This document shows positions 51,631-62,953 of a stretch of DNA of 64,000 nucleotides, in pieces. Both the position numbers and the translations under genes were made by a program. Origin of the DNA: Squalus acanthias (lineage: Eukaryota); NCBI GenBank assembly GCA_030390025.1, contig CM059431.1:141672001-141736000 (forward strand), read 5' to 3'. The notes beneath the pieces were generated by a model that was given only the letters and a program-made list of their open reading frames with translations, had not been told where the DNA came from and ran no database searches. Numbering within the stretch: the first letter of the stretch is position 1; each line of letters opens with the position of its first letter.

Positions 51631-51875
51631 ACAGAGTGAGGGATTCACCAGTGCTGTGAGATAAGACTCACTGTTAATACTGCAGGAGTGGGACCAGTAC
51701 CAGCACTGACAGAGTGAGGGATTCACCAGTGCTGTGAGATAAGACTCACTGTTAATACTGCAGGAGTGGGACCAGTACCAGCACTGACAGAGTGAGAGAT
51801 TCACCAGTGCTGTGTGATAAGGCTCACTGTTAATACTGCAGGAGTGGGTCCAATCCCAGCTCTGACAGAGTGAGG
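51627..51875. repeat. 78-bp tandem repeat x3
   Basis: ACTGACAGAGTGAGGGATTCACCAGTGCTGTGAGATAAGACTCACTGTTAATACTGCAGGAGTGGGACCAGTACCAGC. Confidence 0.9.
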
Positions 51876-51889
51876 TATTCCTTGAGAGT

Positions 51890-52363
51890 GAGTCTGGCGC
51901 AGGCGCACTGGGAGTGACCCCCGACACTCAGGAACGGCAGCCGCTGTGGGAGAAGCTATGACGTCATCCGCGCTCGTACTGAAGCGGTTGAAAGGCCGCG
52001 CGGGAGGACATGTCAGGAGACACGTGACTCCGGCCCGACAGCGGCACTTCAGCACAGTGGGCGGGGCCCTGTGGCGGTCCGGGCTCCCATTGGTTGTATG
52101 CGGCAGTCAATCTATGAGTCGCACCCAATAGAAGAGACGAGCTCAGTGATCGACGTTATTTATTGCTCTTGTGGACACTGTGGCCGCAGTGCGCATGCTC
52201 GGTACTGACCCCACCCCAGTCTGGACCCCGGAGGAAGTAAAATTCCTTGAGGAAGAAACGGTCCCGGAGATAAAATGGCCGAGTTACCGGGGAGCGCTGG
52301 GAACCGGACTGAGGAGTGGCGGATGGAGCCGGATCAGAGACTGGGCGGGCGGCGATGGTGCGG
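51890..52363 (+). promoter_or_regulatory. CpG-rich promoter and first exon, probably of NLR-B
   Basis: NRF1-like GCGCAGGCGCA (~51897), CRE TGACGTCA (51959), E-box CACGTG (52021), GC box (52059), CCAAT boxes (52089 reverse, 52125), TGCGCATGC (52190), YY1-like AAAATGGCCG (52272), donor CGG|gtgagt (52364). Confidence 0.75.
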
Positions 52364-52811
52364 GTGAGTTTGGGGATCAGAGAATCACAGAGATTTACAG
52401 CACAGAAGGAGTCTTGTCCCCGCCGGCCGACAGAGAGCGATCCTCCCCAGGCCCACTTTCCAGCTCCTTCAGAACATCAGGAGCAGGAGTGGGTGACCCG
52501 GCCCCGAGCCTGCTCCAATTGCCCTCACTCCCCTCCCTCCCTCCCCCCCGCCTCTGCCCCCTCCTGTTTCATTTTTTGTCCACCCCAGTCCAACAGCGGC
52601 ATCTCAGACACACACGTTACCGAAGTAGAACAACACCGGTCAAAGCAAGCAGGGAATGTGCTTCCAAAATCAACGTCCGAGAAACAGCGACCATCAGATT
52701 CCCAGTGTATTCTGAAATGGTAAGAACCCAAAACAAGTAAAACACAGAATATAGTCTGAAATGGGAATGAGTAATATTAGAAATAAAAGCTGAAAATGCT
52801 GGAAACACTCC

Positions 52812-54702
52812 GTGGGTGAAATTAGGAGAGCAAAGAGGGGGCATGAAAAAACACTAGCGGGCAAAATAAAGGAAAATCCCAAGGTGTTTTATAAGTATAT
52901 TAAGGGCAAGAGGATAACCAGGGAAAGAGTAGGGCCCGTTAGGGACCAAAGTGGCAATCTGTGTGTAGAGCTGGAAGATGTAGGTGAGGTTTTAAATGAA
53001 TATTTTGCATCTGTGTTCACTATGGAGAAGGACGATGTACGCATAGAAATCAGGCAGGGTTTTGTGATCTACTTGAACAAATTAGCATTGAGAGGGAGGA
53101 GGTATTAGCGGTTTTAGCGGGCTTAAAAGTGGATAAATCCCCAGGACCAGACGAGATGTATCCCAGGCTGCTGTGTGAGGCAAGGGAGGAGATTGCAGGG
53201 GCTCTGACACAAATTTTCAGATCCTCTCTGGCCACAGGGGAGGTGCCTGAGGAGTGGAGGACAGCTAATGTAATACCATTATTCAAGAAGGGTAGTAGGG
53301 ATAAATCTCGGAATTACAGGCCAGTGAGCCTATCAGTGGTAGGGAAATTATTGGAAAAAATTCTGAGGGACAGAATTAGTCTCTACTTGGAGAGGCAAGG
53401 ATTAATCAAGGATAGTCAGCATAGCTTTGTCAGGGGGAGATCATGTCTAACCAATTTGATTGAATTTTTCGAGGAGGTGACTAGGTGTGTGGATGAGGGT
53501 AGTGCAGTTGATGTAGTCTACATGGACTTCAGTAAGGCTTTTGACGAAGTCCCGCATGGGAGACTGGTCAAGAAGGTAAGAGTCCATGGGATCCAGGGCA
53601 ATTTGGCACATTGGATCCAAAATTGGCTTAGTGGCAGGAGGCAGAGGGTGATGGTCGAAGGTTGTTTTTGTGACTGGAAGCCTGTGTCCAGTGGTGTACC
53701 GCAGCGATCGGTGCTGGGTCCCTTGCTGTTTGTAGTGTACATTTAATGATTCAGATATGAATGTAGGACGTATGATCAGTAAGTTCGCAGATGACACGAA
53801 AATTGGTGGAGTGGTAAATAGCGAGGAGGGAAGCCTCAGGCTACAGGACGATATAGACAGGTTGGTCAGATGGGCAGAACAGTGGCAAATGGAATTTAAC
53901 CCTGAAAAGTGTGAGGTGATGCATTTTAGGAGGACTAACAAGGCAAGGGAATACACAATGAATGGTAGGACCCTAGGAAGGACGGAGGATCAAAGGGGCC
54001 TTGATGTGCATGTACAAAGATCCCTGAAGGCAGCAGGACAGGCAGATATGGTGGTTAAGAAGGCATATGGGATACTTGCCTTCATTAGCCGAGGCATAGA
54101 ATATAAGAGCAGGGAGGTTATGATGGAGCTGTACAAAACGCTAGTTAGGCCACAGCTGGAATACTGTGTGCAGTTCTGGTCGCCACACTATAGGAGGGAT
54201 GTGATTGCATTGGAGAGGGTGCAGAGGAGATTCACCAGGATGTTACCTGGGCTGGAGCGTTTCAGCTATGAAGAGAGACTGGACAGGCTGGGGTTGTTTT
54301 CCTTGGAGCAGAGAAGGATGAGGTGGGACCTGATTGAGTTGTACAAAATTATGAGGGGCATAGATAGGGTAGATAGAAATGAACTTTTCCCCTTAGTAGA
54401 GGGGTCAATAACCAGGGGGCATAGTTTCAAGGTAAGGGGCAGGAGGTTTAGAGGGGATTTGAGGAAAAGCTTTTTCACCCAGAGGGTAGTTGGAATCTGG
54501 AACTCACTGCCTGAAAGGGTGTTAGAGGCAGGAACCCTCACAACATTCAAGAAGCATTTAGATGAGCACTTGAAACATCATAGCATACAAGGCTACGGAC
54601 CAAGTGCTGGAAAATGGGATTAGAATAGACAGGGCTTGATGGCCGGTGCAGACACGATGGCCCGAAGGGCCTCTTTCTGTGCTGTATAACTCTATGACTA
54701 TG
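52812..54702 (+). mobile_element. 5'-truncated CR1 LINE with RT, in a 5'UTR intron of NLR-B
   Basis: [34 protein letters not shown]; tail CTCTATGACTATG. Confidence 0.95.
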
Positions 54703-55079
54703 TTTCCTCCCTTGTACAATGTCCGTGAGACTGTTCAGACTGCAATAAATTCCTGTTCCCACTCTGCCCCCTGACTCCCCTCTCTTTCCTCTGCCTCTAC
54801 CCTGCCGCACTGACCAAACCTCTGTTCCCACTCTGCCTCCTCCCTCCCCCTCTCTTTCCTCTGCCTCTACCCTCACCACACTGACCCGCGCCTGTGCCCG
54901 CTGGACGTCCAACCCCTCGGCCTGTGAGTGTGACCAGTCTTTCCATTGTAAGTTTCCTAGACCGTGCACCCTGCTGTTGTGTGGAGATACATGAAAAGCA
55001 TCAACCAGCTGTGTCAGTGGGAGGGATTCTCCTGGGTGAGCAGCACCTGTGGGACAGGTAGAAAGGTAACATTAGCCAT

Positions 55080-55745
55080 TGTCTTCGGTCCCCGCCACGA
55101 GCTGTGTTTCCGAGGCATCGACTCCATCCCTCTCCCTGCCCACTGTCTGAGGCTGAATCAGAGCATCCGTAATCTTGCTGTTGTATTTGACCGTACGATG
55201 AGCTTCTGAACACATATCCATTCCATAGCCAACACCGTCTACTTCCAGCTCCGTAACAGCGCCAGACTCTGCCCCTGCCTCAGCTCTAGACTTGACTGTT
55301 CCAAGGCTCTCCTGGCCGGCCACCCTTTTCCACTCTCCATAAACTTGAACTCATCCAAAACTCTGCTCCGCGTGTTCTAACTCACAACAAGTCCCGTTCA
55401 CCCATTATCCCTGTGCTCGCTGACCTATATTGGCTCCGGGTCTGGTGTTGCATTGATTTTATAATTCTCATCCTTGTTTTCAAACCCCTCCATGGCCTTG
55501 CCCCTCCCTGTGTCTGTAATTTCTTCCAGTCCTACATCCCTCTGAAATCCCTGTGCTGCTCCAATTCTGACCTGTGGCACATCTCCGATTTCCTTCTCTC
55601 CACCATTGGTGGCCGTGTCTTTAGCTGCGGAGGCCCTAAGCTCTGGAATTCCCTCTTTAAACATCTCTACCTCTCTCTGCTCCTTTAAGACGCTCCTTAA
55701 AACCTACTTCTTTGATCAAATGTTTGGTCACATAAAAGCTACTTA
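55080..55745 (+). mobile_element. L2-clade 3' fragment (paralogue of 30995-31340)
   Basis: Inverted homology to the left arm; LADLYWL...KLWNSL. Confidence 0.8.
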
Positions 55746-56400
55746 TGGCTGGGCCAGTGGGGTGCACGGCTGGGCCAGTGGGGGTCGCGTGCCTGGGCCA
55801 GTGGGGTGCGGGGCTGGGCCAGTGGGGGGTCGCGGGGCCGCGTCGGTGGGGGTCGCGGGGCTGGGCCGGTGGGGGTCGCGGGGCCGCGTCGGTGGGTGTC
55901 GCAGGGATGCGTCGGTGGGGGCCGCGTCGGTGGGTGTCGCAGGGCTGTGTCGGTGGGGGTCGCCGGGGGCCGGGCCTGGGTCAGTGGGTGTCGCCGGGGG
56001 CCGGGCCTGGGTCAGTGGGTGTCGCTGGGGGCCGGGCCTGGGTCAGTGGGTGTCGCCGGGGGCCGGGCCTGTGTCAGTGGGGGTCGCCGGGGGCCGGGCC
56101 TGGGTCGGTGGGGGTCGCCGGGGGCCGGGCCTGGGTCAGTGGGGGTCGCCGGGGGCCGGGCCTGTGTCAGTGGGGGTCGCCGGGGGCCGGGCCTGGGTCA
56201 GTGGGGGTCACCAGGGGCCAGGCCTAGGTCAGTGAGGTGCAGGGGGCTGGGCCAGTGGGGTGCGGGCCTGGGACAGTGGGGTGCACGGCTGAGTCAGTGG
56301 GGGTCACGGGCCTGGGACAGTGGGGTGCGGGGGGCTGTGTCAGTGTTGGTGTCGGAGCTGGGACAGTGGGGTGCGGGGCTGGGCCAGTTTGGTGAATGGC
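55745..56400. repeat. GC-rich degenerate ~31-bp minisatellite (GGTCAGTGGGGGTCGCCGGGGGCCGGGCCTG)
   Basis: Visible units; CpG-rich, with many G-runs on the + strand. Confidence 0.85.
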
Positions 56401-56773
56401 AGTGCCAGTGGTGTATGTAGCTGCGACTGCGGGGTGAGAAATAGCTTCAAAGCCCTGCTCACTCATCATCCCTGTGCTTGTGAACCTACATTGGCTCCCG
56501 GTTCCCCGAGCGTCTCCAATTTAAAAGTCCCATCGTTGTTTAAATCCCTTCCTGTCTCTAAGCTCCTCCAGCCCTACAATCCCCCACCACCAAGATCTCT
56601 CTCTTCCTCCGACTCTGGCCTCTTGTGGCATTTCACCCTCTCCTCCCCCCATCTATTGCGGCTGTGCCTTCGGCTGTCCCGGCTCAATGCTCATCAATTC
56701 CCCACCTAAACCTCTCCAGCTCCCTCCTCCTTTAGAACCCTCCGAAACTCACTGCTGTGACCAACATTCTGAC

Positions 56774-58815
56774 CATAGAAACATAGAAGATAGGAGCAGG
56801 AGTAGGCCATTTGGCCCCTCTAGCCTGCTCCGCCATTCAATGCGATCATGGCTGATCATCCAAACTCAGTACCCTGTACCTGCTTTCTCCCCTTATCCCT
56901 TGATCCCTTTAGCCTTAAGAAATATATCATAGAATCACAGAATCCCCACAGTGCTGATAGAGGCCATTTCGGCCCATCGAGCCCATATCCCACCCTATCC
57001 CCGTAACCCCACGTATTTATTCCCCCCCTAACACTAAGGGTCAATTTATCATAGCCAAATGAACCTAACCTGCACATCTTTGGACTGTGGGAGGAAACCG
57101 TAGCACCCGGAGGAAACCCACGCAGACACGGGGAGAACGTGCAAACTCCACAGTCACCCGAGGCCGGATTCGAACCCGAGTCCCTGGCGCTGTGAGGCAA
57201 CAGTGCTAACCACTATGCCACCGTGTTGCCCCTCCTTGAATATATTTAATGAATTGTCCTCTACTGCCTTCTGTGGTATAGAATTCCAAAGGTTCACCAC
57301 TCTCTGGGTGAAGAAATTCCTCCTCATTTCTGTCCTGAATGGCTTACCCCTTATCCTTAGACTGTGACCCCCTGGTTCTGGACTCCCCCGCCATCGTGAA
57401 CATCCTTCCTGCATCTAATCTGTCCAGTCCTTTCAGAATTTTACAAGTTTCAATGAGATCACCTCTCATTCTTCTAAACTCCAGCGAGTATAAGCCCAAA
57501 TGACCCAATCTCTCCTCATACGTCATTCCTGCCATCCCAGGTATCAGCCTGGTGAATCTTCGCTGAAATCCTTCCATGGCAAGAACCTCCTAAGGCGATA
57601 AGGCGACCAAAACTGCACACAATACTCAAGATGTGGTCTCACCAAGGCCTTGTACAACTACAGCAAGACATCCTTGTTCCTGTACTCGAACCCTCTCGCT
57701 ACGAAGGCCAACATACCATTTGCCTTCTTAACCGCCTGCTGCACCTGCATGCTTACCTTCAGTGACTGGTGCACAAGGACACCCAGGTCTCGTTGCACTT
57801 CCCCATTCTCCCAGTCTATTGCCATTCAGATAATAATCTGCCTTCCTGTTTTTGACACCAAAGTGGATAACCTCGCATTTATCCACGTTATATTGCATCT
57901 GCCATGCTTCTGCCCAATCACCCAACCTGTCCAAATCATCCTGGAGTTTCTTGGCATCCTCCTCACAGCACACACTCCCACCCAGCTTTGTGTCGTCTGC
58001 AAACTTGGAGATATTACATCTAGTTCCTTTGTCTAGATCATGAATATATATTGTGAATAGCTGGGGTCCAAGGACCGATCCCTGCGGTACCCCACTAGTC
58101 ACTGCCTGCCACTCGGAAAATGACCCGTTTATTCCAACTCTTTGCTTCCTGTCTGCCAACCAGTTCTCTATCCAAGTCAATACCTTGCCCCCAATCCCAT
58201 GTGCCTTAACTTTACACGCTATTCTCTTATGCGGGACCTTATCGAAAGCCTTTTGAAAGTCCAAATACACCACATCCACTGGTTCTCCCTTATCTATTCT
58301 ACCAGTTACATCCTCAAAAAATTCCAGTAGATTAGTCAAGCACGATTTACCTTTTGTAAATCCATGTTGACCTTGTCCGATCCTGTCACTGTTTTCCAAG
58401 TGCTCTGCTATTCCATCTTTTATAATGGACTCTAGCATTTTCCCCACTACCGATGTCAGGCTTACCGGTCTGTAATTCCCCGTTTTCTCTCTGCCACCTT
58501 TTTTGAATAGTGGGGTAACATTAGCTACCCTCCAATCCATGGGAACTGTTCCAGAGTCTATAGAATGTTGGAAGATGATCAGCAATGCATCTACTATTTC
58601 TAGGGCCACTTCCTTAAGTACCCTAGGATGTAGATTATCAGGCCCTGGGGATTTATCGGCCTTCAATCCCGCCAATTTCCCTAACACCATTTCCCTACAA
58701 ATACTGATTTCTTTCAGTTCCTCCCTCTCATTAGATCCTATGTTCCCTGACATCTCTGGGAGGTTATTTGTGTCCTCCTTTGTGAAGACAGAACCAAAAT
58801 ATGTATTTAATTGGT
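56774..58815 (-). mobile_element. 5'-truncated CR1 LINE with RT
   Basis: ORF 57728-58753 with RT motifs; 3' tail CTTCTATGTTTCTATG near 56775. Confidence 0.95.
56928..57232 (-). mobile_element. tRNA-derived V-SINE (HE1-like) nested in the CR1 3' end
   Basis: A box GGTGGCATAGTGG, B box GGTTCGAATCC, V-domain GGAGTTTGCACGTTCTCCCCGTGTCTGCGTGGGTTTCCTCCGGGTGC, tail GATTCTGTGATTCTATG. Confidence 0.88.
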
Positions 58816-59660
58816 CTCCTTCTACCCCCTTTAGTCTGAGCCCATCTTTTGTCGTACTTGGCTTCTGTGAAGCACCTTGCGATGTGTTTCGATGGACAAG
58901 TTGGTGTTGCTGTGTGTTTATTGTACCAGTGTCAGCGTGAGTGACACAGCAGATAACTGAATCTTACAAGATCTCAAACTGGGTTATAAGTTAATGCCGG
59001 AGAATAACTTCAGCTATAGTTTGTAGAAATTTCTGATCTGAGACTGAATCACTTTTACATTTCCCCAGTGGGGAAAGGAAAGGACGCTGACTGAGAGTTT
59101 GATTGGACGCACGTGTGTGGACACACACAGCGAGACACGCGCACAAGTGGAGAATATTCACTGTAAAACAGCAGGCAAATCTACCACTTGTATATTCATG
59201 GCCATTCCTGAGATTGATAAAACCTGTGAATATGTTCCACAAATCAATGCTGAGCATCACCTCACTGTTTAAATTTACATGATTCATAACATTATACATT
59301 AGTGTTAATATTAGTGGAATAGCGGTAAATATCCTCACCTCCTACAGTGCTCATTAGTCAGGTGCTGACACCAGGAGAGATATGGTCAATATATTCAAAT
59401 AGAAGCACCAACCAGGACACATCTCCATGTACACACGGACAATGTCACAGCCCATAGAGACCAGAGTAATCACACCTAGCTGTATATTGTATATGGATGG
59501 AAATCATATTCGGAAAGTACTGGATTTTAATATCAAAACTCGAATCAAAATTAATAAATACAAATATGCAAATAAAAAATACAATAGCGCCACATTGTGT
59601 AAAACCGAGTGGTGGATCATTGAATTCATCAATGATCACTCGCTCCATATTTTCCTGCAG

Positions 59661-59705
59661 AATATTCTCTACCTCAGGAATAAGGCTGGCTTTGGCCTGC
59701 ACTGT
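59661..59705 (+). other. Possible 45-nt non-coding exon of NLR-B
   Basis: ttttcctgcag|AATATT...CACTGT|gtgagt; lies in a segment absent from the NLR-A arm. Confidence 0.35.
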
Positions 59706-59983
59706 GTGAGTAAATCTCACCAATGTGCGAGTCTCGGCCGACGGGAGCCCGTCTGGAACTCGGTTGTGGGGATCAGCGGGACTCACTGGATTTCACTGGG
59801 CAGCTGTCTGTGTCACACCTGATGTGGAGAGTTGATCGTAACACTCGGGAAATGCTCGATCCCAGAGCTAACAGCTGGTGTACTGATGGGGGGGAGAAGG
59901 GGCTTGAAATCATCTTTAACAAGGCAGCGCTCTCCTTATTTTAATATTTCTATCTAACCCTCCTATTAATATAGTTATTACAG

Positions 59984-60079
59984 AGCATCATAATCTGGGA
60001 ACGCCTGTCACCGCCATGGCTGAAGGTCCAATCAGGGGAGAAGATCCAACATCTTCAACAAGAATGAGAATGGACACAG
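59984..60079 (+). CDS. NLR-B ATG exon (MAEGPIRGEDPTSSTRMRMDT; ATG at 60016)
   Basis: ttacag|AGCATC acceptor, strong Kozak CCGCCATGG, donor GACACAG|gtaaga; paralogue of 29704-29799. Confidence 0.88.
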
Positions 60080-60509
60080 GTAAGAACAACACAATATTAT
60101 TTACAATATAATTTCTGTTCTGACAAAGGGTCCAGATCTCGTGCAAGAACCTCCAGCTCACACAGGTCGAGGGAACAGGACAGGGGCTGATTAGAAAGAG
60201 GGAAGTGAGTGACCATCTAGAGAGGCATCACAGTCACAGGTGGAGGGAGCCCCCGAATACTGGAACTGTCCAATAGATGGGGACTGTAAGGTGGATGGAG
60301 ACAGTGACTCAGAGGATTGTCTTCCTGAGCAATAGTTTGAAGCCAGGGAGCAGTAGGTCACCCCGAGTGAGCCGAGGGTGAGAGGAGAATGATAGAAATA
60401 TCTGATTCCAGAGGGAAGAACATCTTTGAACGGCTGTGACCTTTTCTGTGAAGGCAAGAAGAGCAGAAAATTGTCCCGGTCAAAACCAAAAACACAACTA
60501 GAAATACAT

Positions 60510-61900
60510 TTAAAAAATAATTTTCGGGACTTGAGTGTCACTGGCAAGGCCCCCATTTATTGCCCACACCAAGTTGTCATTGAATAGATGATGGTGGGCC
60601 ACGTTCTTGAATCGCTGCAGTCCATGTGGTGAAGGTGCTCCCACAGTGCTGTTAGGTAGGGAGTTCCAAGGTTTTGATCCAGTGACAATGAAGGAGAGGT
60701 GCTGTATGTCCAAGTTAGGGTTGTATGTGACATTAGGAGAACTTGGAAGCGAAGGTATTCCCACGCACCTGGTGTCCTTGTCCTTCTAGGTGGTGGATGT
60801 CGTGGGTATGGGAGGTGCTGTCGAAGATGCCTTGCCAACTTACTGGAGAGCATCCAGTAGACAGTAATCTGCAACCACGGTAAGCCAATGGTGGAGGGAG
60901 TCAATGTTTAACCCAATGGATGGGGTGCTGATCAAGCATAATGCTTTGTCCTGGATGGTGTTGAGCATCTTCAGTGTTGTTGCAACTTCACTTGTCCAGA
61001 CAAATGGAAAGTGTTCCATCACTCTCCTGACGTGTGCTGTAGGTGGGGGAGAGAATTTGGGGAGTCACGAGGTGAGCCACTCGCCACAGAATACCCAGCC
61101 TCTGACCTGCTCCCGTAGACACGGGGGATGTATGTGGCTGGTCCAGTTCTATTCTGTTTTATGTGGGGGAATTGTTGATAATGTCATTGACTGTCATGGC
61201 ATATGGCAATGGTATCTCTGGTTGGAGATGGTCATTGCCTGACCCTGGGAACGGTAGCGTAGTGGTAATGTCACTGGGCTAGTAATCCAGAGGCCTGGAC
61301 TAATGATTCAGAGACGTGAGTTCAAATCCCACCACGGCAGCTGGGGACTTAAATAAATCTGGAATAAAAAGCTAGAATCAGTAATGGTAACCATGAAACT
61401 ATCGGATTGTCGTTAAAAACCCATCTGGTTCACTAATGTCCTTTTAGGGAAGGAAATATGCCGTCCGTACCTGGTCTGGCCTGTATGTGACTCCAGACCC
61501 ACAGCAATGTGGTTGATCTTAACTGCCCTCTGAAATGGCCTAGCAAGCCACTCAGTTGTAACTAACCGCTACGAAACAAAATACCATCACCACACGGACT
61601 GCAGCGGTTCAAGAAGGCGGCTCACCACCACCTTCTCAAGGGCAACTTGGGATGGGCAATAAATGCTGGCCTTGCCAGCGATGCCCAGATCCCATAAAAG
61701 GAATAAAAAAAACTTGTCTGGTTCGAATATAATTTGCCACATATCAGGCCAAAACTGGATGTTATCCACGTATTGCTGCAAGCAGGCATGGACTGCTTCA
61801 TGAATGGGGCCGAACAAACTGCAACCATCAGCGAGCAGCCCCACCTCTAACCTTATGATGGAGCGAAGGTCACTGATGAAGCAGCTGGAAGTAGTTGAGT
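60510..61900 (-). mobile_element. Decayed LINE 3' part (same family as 10.3-12.0 kb), interrupted by a SINE
   Basis: MEHFPFVWTSEVATTLKMLNTIQDKA, KPWNSLPNSTVGAPSPHGLQRFK, LQQYVDNIQFWPDMWQIIFEP. Confidence 0.75.
61245..61712 (+). mobile_element. Full-length tRNA-derived SINE with LINE-derived tail
   Basis: A box GGTAGCGTAGTGG, B box GAGTTCAAATCC, tail CAGCGGTTCAAGAAGGCGGCTCACCACCACC...AATAAATGCTGGCCTTGCCAGCG, A-rich end. Confidence 0.85.
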
Positions 61901-62786
61901 CTCGGATGCTGGCCTGGTTTGAGGCCTATATTGAGGGAATTTAAAGTCAGGCAATGGAATGTAAAACAAAGCATCAAGGTGGTGATCTCTGGCTGTAGGG
62001 TGGGGGCGGGGTGGTTAAAATGGAATTAGGTTCAAGGCCAGTGGATAATACAAAAAGTCAGGGTTTATGAAAAGTAAAGCAATAATTCAAGGTTCTATCA
62101 CTGGGGATGAAGGGAGAATCTAATTGTGGAGGATGATGTTTTAAGGAGGTATCAAACATTTCCAATAGTTTCTAAAAATGATGGTGGTGGTGGTGCGAGA
62201 AGGTGGACTAGAGGAGGATGTGGGATCATAGTTGGAGTTAAATGTAGGGAAGGATTTGGAGCTGAAAAAGTAGCCAAGATGGGTAAGTGACTGGGCCCAG
62301 AGATAACACACTCCAGGCTGTTAAATCAAATCACAGAGGAGGGAGGACAGACTCTCCACAATTGTTCAATCTGTTTTAGATTTAAACAATACACTGGAGC
62401 ACTGAAGGAGCCCAAGTAACGTCTCTGTTCAACAATGGAGGAGAGAGGATAAACCGGGTAACTAGAACAGTCTACGGCAGTTATGGGCAGAATGCTCGAG
62501 TCCGGAATTTAAGGTTGAATTAGTGAATGTTGAGATACAGGGGATGATCAGGGGAGGCTGGAACCGACTAACTGTAGGCAAGATGTGTTTGACAAATTTG
62601 CACGCTTTTTTTAAAGAATGGACTATATAGATCGATGGGATGCAGCATCTGCGGTGTATATGTAGTTTAAGAAGGTGTTTGATAATGCGGCTCACAGGAG
62701 GTTTCAGCTGTTTGGTATAAGAGGCAATGTAGCAGCTTGGATATAAAGTGGATAATGAGTTTAATTTTCTCCATTTGTGTTCACAG

Positions 62787-62953
62787 ATCCGAACTCTACA
62801 ATCACTGAGTTCTTGACAGAGTGCAACGATTACCAGCTGTTCCAGTTGACGAAATTCTACCGGGACCGACTGGAACAGGCGATTGAAGGAGGGGTGGACG
62901 GAGTCAGCTCGTTGTTAACATACGAGTGGCATTTCAGTGGACAAGAACATCGG
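62787..62953 (+). CDS. NLR-B coding exon 2 (CARD-like death fold, N-terminal half); gene continues beyond the window
   Basis: gttcacag|ATCCG...CATCGG|gtaagt; 160/167 nt identical to NLR-A exon 2. Confidence 0.9.

Noticed and set aside
32640..51875. CRISPR-like arrays
   Set aside because: Units are contiguous with no unique spacers, there are no cas genes, and the context is eukaryotic.
55606..56420. Gly-rich ORFs in three frames
   Set aside because: GC-rich minisatellite lacking stop codons.
34580..58753. RT ORFs as active LINEs or host genes
   Set aside because: All are 5'-truncated and/or frameshifted CR1 copies.
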